Source: Anolis carolinensis (Eukaryota). Taken from it: 64,000 bases of DNA. This document shows positions 63,153-64,000 of the stretch, piece after piece; position 1 is the stretch's first letter; each line of letters begins with the position of its first letter. Made by a program: the position numbers and the translations under genes. The stretch is from assembly GCF_035594765.1 (NCBI RefSeq), contig NC_085846.1, positions 8,233,190 through 8,297,189 on the forward strand, given 5' to 3'. The notes beneath the pieces are model-generated. The model was not told the origin of the DNA. It ran no database searches and saw only the letters and a program-made list of their open reading frames with translations.

Positions 63153-63813
63153 GGGAACCTCGGTGGCGAAGTGTGTTAAAGCACTGAGCTGCTGAACTTG
63201 CAGATCGAAAGGTCGCAGGTTCAAATCCCCGGAGTGGAGTGAGTGCCCACTGTATGGGGATATGGGCCACGGTGGTACAACGGGTTAAACTGCTGAGCTG
63301 CTGAACTTGCTGATTCTTTTTTTTCTCGTGTCAGGAGCAACTGGAGTTGCTTCTGGAGTGAGAGAATTGGCCGTCTGCAAGGACGTTGCCCAGGGGCCGC
63401 CCGGATGTTTTGATGTTTTACCATCCTTGTGGGAGGCTTCTCTCATGTCCCCGCATGGAGCTGGAGCTGATAGAGGGAGCTCATCCGTGCTCTCCCTGGG
63501 TGGGATTCGAACCTGGCAGCCTTCAGGTCAACTTGCTGACTGAAAGGTCGGTGGTACAAATCTGGGGAGCAGGGTGAGCTCCCGCTATTAGCTCCAGCTT
63601 CTGCTACCCTAGCAGTTTGAAAACATGTGAGTAGATCAATAGGTACCGCACCAGCGGGAAGATAATGGCACTCCATGTAGTCATACCTGTGGCCACATGA
63701 CCTTGGAGGTGTCTACAGATAACACCGGCTCTTCAACTTAGAAATGGAGATGAGCACCAACCCCGAGAGTCAGACATGACTGGACTTAACGTCAGGGGAA
63801 ACCTTTACCTTTA
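63153..63813 (+). mobile_element. Sauria SINE cluster with a nested antisense SINE2-like element (63314-63529)
   Basis: A truncated SINE head, then a second SINE split by an insert with 10-bp TSD AACTTGCTGA (63304-63313, 63530-63539). Confidence 0.8.
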
Positions 63814-64000
63814 ACTGAGAGCCAAAGTGGCCAGGAAAATGGGGCTGGGGGTGAGGATAAAGATGGAGGCAGATCAAGACGGCTCAGGGCTTGCATATCC
63901 TGGGGTAGTGACAGGGGACTGAGACAAGAGGCAATAAAGATGTGGGGAGATCAAGGTGAGTCGGTAGTTGCCTGGAAACCTGGTGGGCCAGGGCCAAGCG

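Noticed and set aside
63839-63961. Donor AAG|GTGAGT near the window end as a short-isoform ACIN1 first exon
   Set aside because: No ATG-initiated open frame in the required phase 2, and the downstream context lies outside the window.

Overview
Vertebrate genomic DNA, squamate and most likely an Anolis lizard, judging from Sauria SINEs and Anolis-type MITE, Penelope, SPIN and Helitron repeats. It is syntenic with human 14q11.2. Four protein-coding genes were reconstructed from GT-AG junctions with consistent phases: SLC7A8/LAT2 (+, 11 coding exons, 2240-17133, 544 aa); CEBPE (+, 2 exons, 21994-27173, 242 aa); a C14orf119 orthologue (-, single coding exon 40100-40450, 116 aa); and the 5' part of ACIN1 (+, 7 coding exons from 45495, continuing beyond the window). 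The last two share a CpG-island bidirectional promoter. Introns and intergenic DNA are densely filled with nested transposons. Most notable: (1) a TSD-bounded solo LTR in the CEBPE intron carries a perfect RFX box, a GC box and a C/EBP site, and ends 97 bp before the bZIP exon, which has its own in-frame ATGs; (2) Penelope pLTRs carry minimal hammerhead ribozymes, one with an intact core; (3) no CIROP/LMLN2 is recognisable at its syntenic position; (4) ACIN1 contains a 13 x 21-bp coding minisatellite; (5) SLC7A8 intron 3 has two C/EBP+MARE motif clusters. Gene and repeat family names come from recalled sequences, not from searches. No wholly new biological system could be demonstrated from sequence alone.
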